Positions 16,006-25,440 of a stretch of 31,657 nt of DNA are shown one piece after another (position 1 is the first letter of the stretch; every line of letters starts with the position of its first letter). The notes beneath the pieces were generated by a model that was given only the letters and a program-made list of their open reading frames with translations, had not been told where the DNA came from and searched no databases. Source of the DNA: a virus (lineage: Duplodnaviria; Caudoviricetes). Location of the stretch: the IMG/VR virus record IMGVR_UViG_3300028585_000053, positions 1 through 31,657 of that record; one strand, 5' to 3'. Made by a program: the position numbers and the translations under genes.

Positions 16006-17483
16006 TGCGCAACTTCATCGACCGCATCGTTGGCTTCGTCAACCCCCACGCCGGCATCGCCCGCCACTTCGCACGCCGCCAGCTGCAGCGTGCATACGAG
16101 GCGGCGAGTCCGCGTGACCCTTGGCGCCCGCGCCGTGCAGGCGCCAGTGCCAACGCCGATCACCGTGCCGACGGTGCAACGCTTCGCGCAAAGGCGCGCG
16201 CCCTGGTGCAGAACGTGCCCTACATCTGGGCCGGCCTGGATGGACTGGTCGCTGCCACGGTCGGCACAGGTATCACGCCGCGTGCCAGTGGTCGCGAGAA
16301 GGACGTCATCAACGGGCTGCTGCCCGCCTGGTTCAAGGTCTGCGATGCGGACGGCCGCTTCGATTTCTTCGGCCTGACGAAAGCTGCCTACCACGCGATG
16401 GAACAGGACGGCGAAGTCCTGGTGCGTAAGCGCACGCGCCGTGCAACAGATGCCTTGCGGGTTCCCTTGCAACTGCAGCTGCTGGAGATAGACTGGCTCG
16501 ACAGCGCCCGTTCGGGCACGCTCGACGGCAACCAGATCGTCAACGGCATCGAGTACGACATGCTTGGCGCCGTGGCGGCCTACTACCTTTGGGACTCGCA
16601 TCCGGGCGACATCGCCACGGTGCGTGGCCGTGCGCAGAGCCAGCGCGTGCCGGCAGACCAGATCATCCACCTGTTCGGCCCGGCCCGCCCCGGGCAAGGG
16701 CGCGGCATCACCCGCCTGGCGCCCGTGATCGCTCGCGTGCGCGACCTGCAGCTGTACGAGGATGCCGAGATGGCGCGCAAGAACCTCGAAGCGCGGCTGT
16801 CGGTTCTGGCAAGCGGCGACACTGCAGCGATGGAGAACCCCGCTGCAATGGCGGGCGCTGGCGAAGGCAGGGGCGGTCCTGCTGACCTGGGCGAGCTGGG
16901 CGGCGGCACAATCGTCGGCATGCCAGCAGGGATGAACTTCACTGTCATCGAACCGAAGGCATCGCCCGGGTATGTTGAGTACATCAAGTTCCAGCTGCAC
17001 CTGATCGCAGCCGGCATGGGTGTGCCGTACCACCTGCTGACCGGCGACATGAACGAAGTGAACTACAGTAGCGCGCGCGTGCGCCTGCTGGACTTCCGCC
17101 GCTCAGTGACGCAGATGCAGTGGGTGACGCTGATCCCGAAGCTGCTGGTGCCGATCTATGACGCCTTCATCGAGCACGCGTACCTGGCCGGCCTGATCAA
17201 GACGCTCGACAAGTCGGTGGACTTCAGCCCGCCGAAGTGGGACTACGTGAATCCGGAACAGGACGTGAAAGCCGACCTGGCCGAGATTGGTGGCGGTCTG
17301 TCCAGCTTCAGCGAGAAGTTACGGCAGCGTGGCTATGAACCGGAGGTGGTGTACACCGAACTGGCCAAGGACATTACGCGCCTGCGCGAGCTCGGCATCC
17401 TCGACGTGATGCTGTTCATGCAGCGTGGCAACATGCCGACAGGGAGCAACACTGAGGGTTCTGCGCCGAGCAAGGAATCCTGA
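16005..17483 (+). CDS. Portal protein, lambda family
   Basis: LRAKARALVQN, DGEVL, RPGQGRG, VNYSSAR and YVNPEQD motifs. Confidence 0.95.
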   Translation: MRNFIDRIVGFVNPHAGIARHFARRQLQRAYEAASPRDPWRPRRAGASANADHRADGATLRAKARALVQNVPYIWAGLDGLVAATVGTGITPRASGREKDVINGLLPAWFKVCDADGRFDFFGLTKAAYHAMEQDGEVLVRKRTRRATDALRVPLQLQLLEIDWLDSARSGTLDGNQIVNGIEYDMLGAVAAYYLWDSHPGDIATVRGRAQSQRVPADQIIHLFGPARPGQGRGITRLAPVIARVRDLQLYEDAEMARKNLEARLSVLASGDTAAMENPAAMAGAGEGRGGPADLGELGGGTIVGMPAGMNFTVIEPKASPGYVEYIKFQLHLIAAGMGVPYHLLTGDMNEVNYSSARVRLLDFRRSVTQMQWVTLIPKLLVPIYDAFIEHAYLAGLIKTLDKSVDFSPPKWDYVNPEQDVKADLAEIGGGLSSFSEKLRQRGYEPEVVYTELAKDITRLRELGILDVMLFMQRGNMPTGSNTEGSAPSKES

Positions 17484-20400
17484 TGTATAAGTTCGACCGT
17501 TTGTCTGGAAATCAGTCATTCAGCACACCTGATCATGTGCTGCTCGTATTCCCGAATGGCGATTGGCTGCTCCTGTTCATCGTTGGCTTCGACGGGGTGG
17601 TTACTGGGAACCTCACGCAGTACCTGTTCTCGTCCGGTGCGTTTGGCGCGGCCGGCTCGCTCAACGTCGTGTTCTACGCCGATGGCGTATCAGGCACCAC
17701 GCTGCGCAGCCGGATTGCCGTCTACGCGGATACGCTATCCAATGCCAATGCGCCGGCGCTGCTGAGTACGACGCAGTTCACTGGCGGGCGCCACTTGGTC
17801 GCCATCCAGCGCAGCGGCGGCACGCAGTCTCCATCGGCCAGCCTGTACAGCTGCCCGATCCTGGCCACCGCGCCGATCGACGACAGCGCGGTGATCACCG
17901 AAGCGACGACGACCAACGCCGCCATCCTGAAAGAGCTGAACGGCAGTGGCTTCATGTTCGGCTCGCGCGTGGACAACACGACCGACCGTAAGAGCGACCA
18001 ATCGGTGTCGCGCATGCTGCGCGTCAATCGCGCGGTCTTGAAGTTCGATCTCGCCCAGCTCGCGGCCGGCAAGGAAATCTTCGATCTCGGCTACACGCCG
18101 CTGCTGTATGTGCGTGCGAGTGGGATCGACGACATTACGGACCGCGGTCCGAACGCCTTCCCGTTCACGCTTGCCGGCACGCCGACCACCAGCGCGGAGC
18201 CGACGTTTGCCTACCGGGAGGGCGCCAGCGAACCGCCGGCCGCCGCCGACATAGTCACCGTCAGCAATGCCGAGCCGCTGCAAGTCGTGCCGTCAACCGG
18301 CACCGGCACCATGGTGACGTTCACCGGCGCGCTAAGCGGCACGCAGCCGACCTCCGTTGACGTGCGCATGATCGCGCCCGACGGCACCCCTGGGAGCTGG
18401 ATTGCGCTGCAGTCAGCAAGCATCGGCGCCACTGTGTACAGCGGCTCGCGCGCAGTGCCAGATGGCGGCCCGCACCGGTTCCAAGCTCGCACGAGGAATG
18501 GCAGCGCTGTGCTGGCAGAAAGCCAGTATTCCACCGCCAAGCTTCTTGTCGGCGATGCGTGGATCAACTGCGGCTCGTCCAGCTCCGATTACCTGTTCAC
18601 CGACAAGAGCGGTACCGGCTTTACCGTGGCGCCGGATACCGCGGTCATGAGCGGCACCACGCCGGCCTGGTCGCCGATGAGCAGCATCGGCGCCGCGACG
18701 CGAATGGCGGACGAGCTGGCCACTGTGGCCGGCAAGCCGATCTTCTGGCTCGCCTACGGCGTTGCCGGCACCACGCTGCGCACCTGGCTGGACGCAACCA
18801 GCACGCAACGCAAGAACCTGGCGCGCGCGATCGCGGCTGTCAAAGGCAAGATTTTCGGCGCGTATATCACCGTGGGGGCGAACGACGCCTACAACGGGTG
18901 GATCACCTCGAGCGCGGCGCACGAAGCCGACATGCAGAAGCTGATCGACGACCTGCGCACGGAGACCGGGAACCCGGACCTCAAAATCATCTGGGTCGGC
19001 TCGCCGCCGCGGCCGGCGCTTAACCCAGTGCAGGCCGATCGGCTGCGCCAGGCTGAAAGCAGGATCGGAAACTATTCGGGCGTGGTACAGGTGCAGGCGC
19101 TGCAGTTCGCGTCGGCGTCGGACAACGTGCACCTGGCGCCGAGCCTCGACGGCTATGCCGCTTGCGGCACGATGGCGATGCACCAGGCCGGCCGCGCCTT
19201 CTACCTCGGGGAAGACCCGAAGATGGTGCGCGGTCCGGCGCTGGCGGCGCTTACCTACACCGGCACCAAGGTGCGCTGTGTCGTCACCACGCGAGACGGC
19301 ACGGGCTTCAACCCGGCCGCGCCGGGCGGCTTCACCGTCCAGAACAAGCAGGCTGACGGCACCTACGTGACGCTGACCGGGATCGCAGCGCAGCGCGTCA
19401 ATGCTGGCCTGATCGAGATCGAGTGCGGCGTTACGCTCGTCGAGCCGATCGTCAAGTATCTGTCCGGCTCAGCGCCGAGCGTTACCGGTGCTGTTTTCAG
19501 CAACGGCACGCTGCCGCTACCGATGACAGTGGAAACGGAAATGGTGGCGACGCAGGCTGCGGCCGCACCAGACACTACCGCGCCGGTGATGAGCGGATCG
19601 ATCAACATCACCAACGTCACCACGAGCGGCGCGACGCTGTCCTTTCAGGCAGCGACAGACGACGTCGGGGTGGCGGGCTATGAGTACAGCATCAACGGTG
19701 GCACGAGCTACGTAAATGCCGGGCTGTCGCGGTCATTCGCTATTTCGGCGCTGATCGCGGCGACGACGTATCCGGTGCGCGTGCGCGCCTACGACGACGC
19801 CGGCAACCGCTCGGCGCCGCTGTCGGCAAGCTTCACCACCCTGGCCAACGAGCCGCCGGTGGAGATCGTCATCGACGCCAGCAAGATTCCGGCGAGCCGC
19901 AAGGTCGTGTTCCCCGGTGGCACGCGCGTTGTGCCGTTCGGCACTCGGCCGAACTCTGTGGTGCCGGACGCTCCGTATTACCGGGATGGTAAATGGTGGA
20001 GCGACAAAGTTCCAGACGATGAGCGTTATTACGTAGCTGACATGAGCATCGACTTCGCCGAGGCGGATACCACCGGCGCAAGGGTTGAGGCAATCGTCAA
20101 GGGCGTGGTGGCGCTCGAGCAGCCGGTCATCCAGGGCACGCTTATCCCGGTGAAACTGGGCGGGTTGGACGAACTGCGGGGTGCTCTCAACTTTTGCACG
20201 TTCCGTGTCACGCTTGCGAACGGTGAACAGATCGACCGGACGTTATGGTTCAGCCCGGTTGACGTGCGCTGGTCGTTGGAAAAGGACCCTGAGGACAAGC
20301 GCTATTACGTTGCGGATGTAGGCAACGACCTGGCAGATAGCCGAACCACGGTCACCGATGTGACTGCTATCGCCATCGGGGTAGTAGAACTCGTCAAGCC

Positions 20401-20545
20401 GCAGATGCAAGGACGACTTGCGATTATCAAGTTAGGTGGCATGGACATATCGGCTGATCCTCTCAACTACTGCAAGCTGCGGTTTGACTGTGCAAACGGC
20501 GAGCGCTTCTACCGAATGATTCATTTCACCCGAGTGGATAACTGA
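17483..20545 (+). CDS. Large modular virion-like protein: beta-rich N-terminus, SGNH/SASA-type esterase, FN3 domain, two C-terminal repeats
   Basis: GDAWINCGSSS (18551), YGVAGTT, VGAND and DNVH (19121) SGNH blocks; DTTAP...ATDDVGVAGY...VRAYDDAGNRS FN3; KxPxDxRYYVAD repeats at 20006 and 20282; TGATG coupling to portal. Confidence 0.8.
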   Translation: MYKFDRLSGNQSFSTPDHVLLVFPNGDWLLLFIVGFDGVVTGNLTQYLFSSGAFGAAGSLNVVFYADGVSGTTLRSRIAVYADTLSNANAPALLSTTQFTGGRHLVAIQRSGGTQSPSASLYSCPILATAPIDDSAVITEATTTNAAILKELNGSGFMFGSRVDNTTDRKSDQSVSRMLRVNRAVLKFDLAQLAAGKEIFDLGYTPLLYVRASGIDDITDRGPNAFPFTLAGTPTTSAEPTFAYREGASEPPAAADIVTVSNAEPLQVVPSTGTGTMVTFTGALSGTQPTSVDVRMIAPDGTPGSWIALQSASIGATVYSGSRAVPDGGPHRFQARTRNGSAVLAESQYSTAKLLVGDAWINCGSSSSDYLFTDKSGTGFTVAPDTAVMSGTTPAWSPMSSIGAATRMADELATVAGKPIFWLAYGVAGTTLRTWLDATSTQRKNLARAIAAVKGKIFGAYITVGANDAYNGWITSSAAHEADMQKLIDDLRTETGNPDLKIIWVGSPPRPALNPVQADRLRQAESRIGNYSGVVQVQALQFASASDNVHLAPSLDGYAACGTMAMHQAGRAFYLGEDPKMVRGPALAALTYTGTKVRCVVTTRDGTGFNPAAPGGFTVQNKQADGTYVTLTGIAAQRVNAGLIEIECGVTLVEPIVKYLSGSAPSVTGAVFSNGTLPLPMTVETEMVATQAAAAPDTTAPVMSGSINITNVTTSGATLSFQAATDDVGVAGYEYSINGGTSYVNAGLSRSFAISALIAATTYPVRVRAYDDAGNRSAPLSASFTTLANEPPVEIVIDASKIPASRKVVFPGGTRVVPFGTRPNSVVPDAPYYRDGKWWSDKVPDDERYYVADMSIDFAEADTTGARVEAIVKGVVALEQPVIQGTLIPVKLGGLDELRGALNFCTFRVTLANGEQIDRTLWFSPVDVRWSLEKDPEDKRYYVADVGNDLADSRTTVTDVTAIAIGVVELVKPQMQGRLAIIKLGGMDISADPLNYCKLRFDCANGERFYRMIHFTRVDN

Positions 20546-20703
20546 TGATCGACGCAACTCAATTGCCGCGTGTGCCAACGAGGGTTGTTCCTGATGAAAG
20601 CGAGCCAATCTCGACAACGCCAAGCCAGGCGGTATCGCATGAGCAGGCAAAGAAAATGGAGCTCAAGGCAGGTCGCTACTATGCGGTGAGTGAGGAAAAA
20701 TAG
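20545..20703 (+). CDS. 52-aa ORF resembling a segment of the upstream protein (possible remnant)
   Basis: TGATG coupling; MIDATQLPRVPTRVVP resembles VIDASKIPASRKVVFP, and RYYAV resembles RYYVA. Confidence 0.4.
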   Translation: MIDATQLPRVPTRVVPDESEPISTTPSQAVSHEQAKKMELKAGRYYAVSEEK

Positions 20704-20716
20704 GTTCAGGAAAAAT

Positions 20717-20766
20717 TGTCTCAGTTTTCCGAGAATTGAGACAGGGCAATCCGTAGAGTGGTCTGC
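20717..20766 (+). promoter_or_regulatory. Putative activator-dependent late promoter 2
   Basis: Identical 26-bp element at 20719-20744 (TGTCTCA-N13-TGAGACA palindrome), then 9 bp, -10-like TAGAGT, 7 nt, ATG. Confidence 0.72.
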
Positions 20767-22842
20767 ATGACGACGCCCACCATTATTCCGCAAACCCGAT
20801 CGGCGAACGATCCGCGCAACATGCCCTCGCTTTCGCGCGAGGCGCAGCTGGTTCCGACCACCTACAACGAAGCCGACAACACCGTCGAGGTCGTGTGGAC
20901 GACCGGCTCGCGTGTCCGCCGCTATGACTGGTGGACCGACAAGCCGTACGAAGAAGAGTTGGCCGTCACCCCTGAAGCCGTCGACATGACGCGCTTCGAG
21001 GCCGGCACCGTTCAGGTGATCGACAACCACCGTATGCAGGGTGGCGTCCAGTCGATCATCGGCATCGCGCTCCGCGGCAGTATCTCCAATGGCGAAGGCC
21101 GCGCGACGCTGCGCCTGTCCACGCGCCAAGAGATGGCAGGCATCGTCGCTGACATCAAGGCCGGCATCATCCGCTCGATTTCGTTCGGCTACAACATCAC
21201 GACCTTCGAGATCACCCGCGCCATCGACCGTACCGACGGCGTGAACATGGACCTGTACCGCGCAGTGCGTTGGCAGCCGTTCGAAATCAGTTTCGTGACC
21301 GTGCCGGCCGACGCCGACGCGAGCACGCGCAGCGCGCCGGCCAATGGCCACCCATGCGAATTCATCACCCGGGCGCCCGCCCAATCCGTTCCATCCAACC
21401 AGGAAGACAACATGACCATCGCTACCCAGTCGGGCGCCCAGAACCCTGCGCCTACCGCCGCCGTCCGTTCGGCAGCTGACCCAGCACCGGCCCCAGCACC
21501 GGCTCCGACGCCAGCTGTGCAACCGCCTGCCGACGACGCTGCCACCCGCGCAGCGCAAGAAGCGGCAACTCGCGCTGCCGACATCACCGAGATGTGCATG
21601 CGCCACAATGTGAGCAACCTGGCTGCTGGCCTGATCCGCAGCGGCAACTCGGTCGACCAGGCGCGCAGCGCCGTGCTGGACGAGCTGGCGCGCAACGATG
21701 TCGCCCGGGGCGGCCACAACAACGTTCGCATCCAGGTGGTCGGCAGTGAGCACCAGGTGCGCATGGCCGGTGTCGAAGAAGCGATCATGCACCGCATCCA
21801 TGCCGGCACCAAGCTGACCGACAACGGTCGCCAGTATCGCGGCCTGAGCATCATGGAGCTGGGCCGCGACTTCCTGGAATCGCAAGGCGTGTCGACGCGC
21901 GGCATGGACCGCATGCGCCTGGCTACCCAAATCCTGCACTTCCGCTCGGCCGCTCACGGCACCAGCGACTTCGCGACGCTGTTCGCAAACGTCGCGAACA
22001 AGCGCATGCGCGATGCCTACGACGAAAACCTCGGCACCTATACCCAGTGGGCGCGCCGCGCACCGAACGCACCCGACTTCAAGAACATCAGCATCGTGCA
22101 GCTGTCGGGCGCACCAGACCTGCTCAAGACCAACGAAGCTGGCGAATTCCAGTACGGCAAGATGACCGATGCGGGTGTCTCGTATGCCCTGGTCACCTAC
22201 GGCCGGATGGTCTCGCTGACCCGCCAGGCCATCATCAACGACGACCTGCGTGCGTTCGAACGCTTGGTGACCGCGTTTGGTGCAAGCTCCAGCCGCCTGG
22301 AAAACCGTCTGGTGTACAGCCAGCTGACCGGCAATCCAATGATGGGTGATGGCAAGGAACTGTTCCATCTGGACCACAAGAACATGGCGACTGGCGGCGC
22401 CTCGGCTCTGCAGCTGGGCACCCTGAAGGCTGGCCGCACCGCGATGCGCCTGCAGAAAGGCATGCAGGGCGAAGAGCTGAACCTGGCGCCGAACTTCCTG
22501 ATCGTGCCGGCAGCGCTCGAACAGGACGCATACCAGCTGACCAGCGCGAACTACGTGCCTGCCAAGCAGGGCGATGTGAACGAGTTCCGTGCAGGCGGCC
22601 GCACCGCGGTCGAGCCGATTGTCGAGCCAATCCTGGACGGCGTGAGCGACACCGCTTGGTACCTGGCAAGCAACAACAGCCAGGTCGACACCGTCGAATA
22701 TTGCTACCTGGACGGCGCGGAAGGCCCGGTCATCGAAAGCGAGACCGGCTTCGAAACCGACGGCGTCACCTGGAAGTGCCGCCTGGACTTCGCGGCGAAG
22801 GCGGTCGATCACCGCGGCCTGTACCAGGGCGTGGGCAAGTAA
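20767..22842 (+). CDS. Prohead protease / major capsid protein fusion
   Basis: VIDNH, SISFGY and WQPFEISFVTVPAD protease motifs; Pro/Ala linker; TSDF, PDFK, TYGR..SLTRQAIINDD and DHRG capsid motifs. Confidence 0.93.
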   Translation: MTTPTIIPQTRSANDPRNMPSLSREAQLVPTTYNEADNTVEVVWTTGSRVRRYDWWTDKPYEEELAVTPEAVDMTRFEAGTVQVIDNHRMQGGVQSIIGIALRGSISNGEGRATLRLSTRQEMAGIVADIKAGIIRSISFGYNITTFEITRAIDRTDGVNMDLYRAVRWQPFEISFVTVPADADASTRSAPANGHPCEFITRAPAQSVPSNQEDNMTIATQSGAQNPAPTAAVRSAADPAPAPAPAPTPAVQPPADDAATRAAQEAATRAADITEMCMRHNVSNLAAGLIRSGNSVDQARSAVLDELARNDVARGGHNNVRIQVVGSEHQVRMAGVEEAIMHRIHAGTKLTDNGRQYRGLSIMELGRDFLESQGVSTRGMDRMRLATQILHFRSAAHGTSDFATLFANVANKRMRDAYDENLGTYTQWARRAPNAPDFKNISIVQLSGAPDLLKTNEAGEFQYGKMTDAGVSYALVTYGRMVSLTRQAIINDDLRAFERLVTAFGASSSRLENRLVYSQLTGNPMMGDGKELFHLDHKNMATGGASALQLGTLKAGRTAMRLQKGMQGEELNLAPNFLIVPAALEQDAYQLTSANYVPAKQGDVNEFRAGGRTAVEPIVEPILDGVSDTAWYLASNNSQVDTVEYCYLDGAEGPVIESETGFETDGVTWKCRLDFAAKAVDHRGLYQGVGK

Positions 22843-22880
22843 GCCGTCGCCACCAGCCATCCATCACAGGGAACAAGAGC

Positions 22881-23213
22881 ATGAAAAACTTCATCCAGCC
22901 CGGTCTGACCGTGACCGTCATTGCGCCGGCCAACTTGACCAGCGGCCAGGCCGTCATGGTCGGTGCGCTGTTCGGCGTTGCCACGAACGACGCGCTGCAA
23001 GGCGCGCCGGTCGAGATCTGCCGCACCGGCGTCTTCGCGCTAGCCGCGGTTGCCGCCGACACCGGCGCGATCGGCGACAAGGCTTATTGGGATAACACGG
23101 CCCGCCGCGTGACCAAGACCGCCACCAACAACACCTTGGTCGGCGCGCTGACTGCGCCGAAGAGCGGCACCGATGGCATTGCCAACGTGCTGCTCGATGG
23201 CGCCATCCGCTAA
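22881..23213 (+). CDS. DUF2190-like capsid cement/decoration protein
   Basis: MKNFIQPG start, GALFGVA, GVF and AYWD motifs; directly after capsid. Confidence 0.88.
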   Translation: MKNFIQPGLTVTVIAPANLTSGQAVMVGALFGVATNDALQGAPVEICRTGVFALAAVAADTGAIGDKAYWDNTARRVTKTATNNTLVGALTAPKSGTDGIANVLLDGAIR

Positions 23214-23222
23214 CCGATCGCC

Positions 23223-23519
23223 ATGCTTTTCGCCAACCTCGAAGCGGTCGTCAACAGCCAGGTACTGAACCACCTGGCGAACGCTCGCGTATCGATCGCG
23301 GACGCTGTGGTGCCGGGCATCTTCCGTAAGCCGGCAGCAGAGGCCTCGCTCGGCGTTGGTATGGAGACGACGGCCCCAACTGTCACCATCGCTTCGAACG
23401 CGGTGATGGCCGAGCCGGTCGGCAAGCAGATCGAGATTGGCGTCACGCGCTATGTCATCGGCGACGTTGCTCCCGATGGCACCGGCCTGACCGTTCTGAC
23501 GCTGGAAGAAGTGCGATGA
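23223..23519 (+). CDS. Head-tail joining (head closure) protein
   Basis: C-terminal PDGTGLTVLTL motif; position. Confidence 0.8.
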   Translation: MLFANLEAVVNSQVLNHLANARVSIADAVVPGIFRKPAAEASLGVGMETTAPTVTIASNAVMAEPVGKQIEIGVTRYVIGDVAPDGTGLTVLTLEEVR

Positions 23520-23959
23520 GAACGTCGTTCTCCAAAGTGGTCACCGCAGTTATCGCGGCGCTGTCGGCGAGTCCGCCTGTTTGCAAGGCGATCTATCGCG
23601 CGCGACAAGCGGCGATCCCGACCCAGGACGAGCAAGCCATTGTCGTCCAGTGGGAACAAGCAATGCCGGCAGGCGGCACGCTGCAAGGTGCGCCGATTGA
23701 CTGGACGACCCGCCTCACTGTCGAGTGCTATGCACGCAGCAACGACCCGAACGACAACGGCGACCAGGCGGTGGATCCGCTGCTTGCCAGCGTCTACGAG
23801 CGGCTCGCAGCAGATGCAACGCTGGGCGGGATCGTCAGTGATCTCACCGTCGCTGGTGTCCAGGTCGAGACTGCAGTCGACGGCAACAAGACCGGCTGGG
23901 TTCGCATCGTCTACACCGCAGAGCACCGTACTTACAACAACACCTTGGACGGATCATGA
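23516..23959 (+). CDS. Tail terminator (gpU-like) protein
   Basis: LAADATLGGIV motif; position before the tail tube. Confidence 0.7.
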   Translation: MRTSFSKVVTAVIAALSASPPVCKAIYRARQAAIPTQDEQAIVVQWEQAMPAGGTLQGAPIDWTTRLTVECYARSNDPNDNGDQAVDPLLASVYERLAADATLGGIVSDLTVAGVQVETAVDGNKTGWVRIVYTAEHRTYNNTLDGS

Positions 23960-24108
23960 AGATCGAAAAAGAAGCAAGCGCGCCTGCCGAGGTGCGTGAC
24001 ATCCCAATGCCACCAGGTGGTGGCTCGTGGCGGTTCGATGAAGCCCGTTGGGAATGGATTGATAACAACCCACAGCCGGCAGCGGCTGCACAACAACATC
24101 AGGAGTAA
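23956..24108 (+). CDS. Small 50-aa protein upstream of the tail tube
   Basis: ATGA overlap; MKIEKEASAPAEVRDIPMPPGGGSWRFDEARWEWIDNNPQ...; fills the gap. Confidence 0.6.
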   Translation: MKIEKEASAPAEVRDIPMPPGGGSWRFDEARWEWIDNNPQPAAAAQQHQE

Positions 24109-24111
24109 GCG

Positions 24112-25074
24112 ATGCCACGTCGTATCAAGAACACCATCGTGACCGCGAAGATCGAAGCGACCGCTGGCACTGACGCACTGCCTACTGGTGCGGCCAATGC
24201 CGTGCTGGTCTCGGACGTCACTATCACCCCGCTCGACGCCCAGTCGATCGACCGCGCGCTCATCCGCGGCTACTTCGGCGGCAGTGAGCAGCTGGTCGGA
24301 TCGGCGAGCGTGAAGCTGTCGTATTCGGTTGAGTTGGCTGGCTCGGGCACGGCTGCGACGCCGCCGGCCTGGGGCCAGCTGTTGCAAGGGTGCGCCGCCG
24401 CCGAAGGAAGTCTGACTTCCCCAGCGCGTGTCGAATACACGCCTGCGTCGACTGGTCTCAAGACGCTGACCCAGTACTACTACGACGACGGCCTGGTGCA
24501 TAAGCTGTTGGCTTCGATGGGCAACTGCACGTTGTCGGCCAAAGTCGGCGAGCGGCCGATGTTGCGGTTTGAATGGACTGGGCTGAATGGCGGGCGCGTC
24601 GTTACCGCAAATCCTACCGGCACGTTCACGCCTTGGAAGAAGCCGGTCGCAATGACCAGGGCCAACGTCATCGACATCAACCTCGGCGCCACGTATGCGG
24701 CTGGCGCCCTGACTGGCGGCACGGTATTCAACAGCACCGGCCTTGAACTGAACTTCGGCAATACGGTGAACTTCAGTGCAATGCTGAGCACCGAGCTGGT
24801 CGACATCTCGGATCGCCAGTCGACTGCGACCGTGGAAATGGAGCTGACTGCAGCGCAGGAGGCTGCGTTGATGGACAAGGTGGAAGCGAACGAAACGCAA
24901 AGCCTCGGCTTCATCATCGGAACCGCCACCGGCAACAAGGTGCTCGTATTTGCGCCGGCTGTCCAGTTGACCAATCCACGCAAATCGGAGCTCAACGGCA
25001 ATCGCCTGATCGGCTTCGACCTGCGCCTGGTGCCGGTCAACGGCAACGACGAGTGGCGCATCGTTTGCCTGTAA
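24112..25074 (+). CDS. Major tail tube protein
   Basis: AGGAG SD; VELAGSGTAATPPAWG motif; precedes the chaperones and tape measure. Confidence 0.85.
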   Translation: MPRRIKNTIVTAKIEATAGTDALPTGAANAVLVSDVTITPLDAQSIDRALIRGYFGGSEQLVGSASVKLSYSVELAGSGTAATPPAWGQLLQGCAAAEGSLTSPARVEYTPASTGLKTLTQYYYDDGLVHKLLASMGNCTLSAKVGERPMLRFEWTGLNGGRVVTANPTGTFTPWKKPVAMTRANVIDINLGATYAAGALTGGTVFNSTGLELNFGNTVNFSAMLSTELVDISDRQSTATVEMELTAAQEAALMDKVEANETQSLGFIIGTATGNKVLVFAPAVQLTNPRKSELNGNRLIGFDLRLVPVNGNDEWRIVCL

Positions 25075-25107
25075 CAAAACCATCCAACAACTCAAAGGAA
25101 TAACGCC

Positions 25108-25440
25108 ATGGCGTTCAAACTCGTAAAGCGTAACAAGATCTCGGTTGCCGTGAAAGGCACTCTGCCTGACGAAGAAGGCAAACCCGTCCACTTCGATTTC
25201 AAGCTGCACTGCAAGCGGTTGAGCCAGGACGAAATCGATAGCGCCATTAAGAGCCGCACAGGCGAAATCAAGGGCTTCATCCGCGAAGTAGCCCAGGGCT
25301 GGGAAGGGGTGCTCGATGAAGTCGGCGCACAAGTGCCGTTCTCGGAAGAGATCCTGGACGAGATGATCAACGAGCCGGGAATCCCAGTGATGATCATGCA
25401 GGCGTATCTGGAACAGGTATCGGCCACCGCAAAAAACTAA
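25108..25440 (+). CDS. Tail assembly chaperone (gpG-like)
   Basis: AAAGGA SD; GWEGV...PFS motif; ends in the slippery sequence GCA AAA AAC TAA. Confidence 0.85.
   Translation: MAFKLVKRNKISVAVKGTLPDEEGKPVHFDFKLHCKRLSQDEIDSAIKSRTGEIKGFIREVAQGWEGVLDEVGAQVPFSEEILDEMINEPGIPVMIMQAYLEQVSATAKN
25431..25437 (+). other. -1 programmed ribosomal frameshift site A AAA AAC
   Basis: X XXY YYZ heptamer; the -1 frame reads CTA ACC GAG GTC GTG into ORF 25449-25802. Confidence 0.85.

Noticed and set aside
13144-17033. Long minus-strand ORFs (687 aa and 501 aa)
   Set aside because: Antisense shadows of terminase and portal
15746-20744. 26-bp repeats as a CRISPR array, IS ends or target-site duplication
   Set aside because: Only two copies 5 kb apart, flanking essential genes with no transposase or cas; a promoter interpretation fits the fixed -10 spacing
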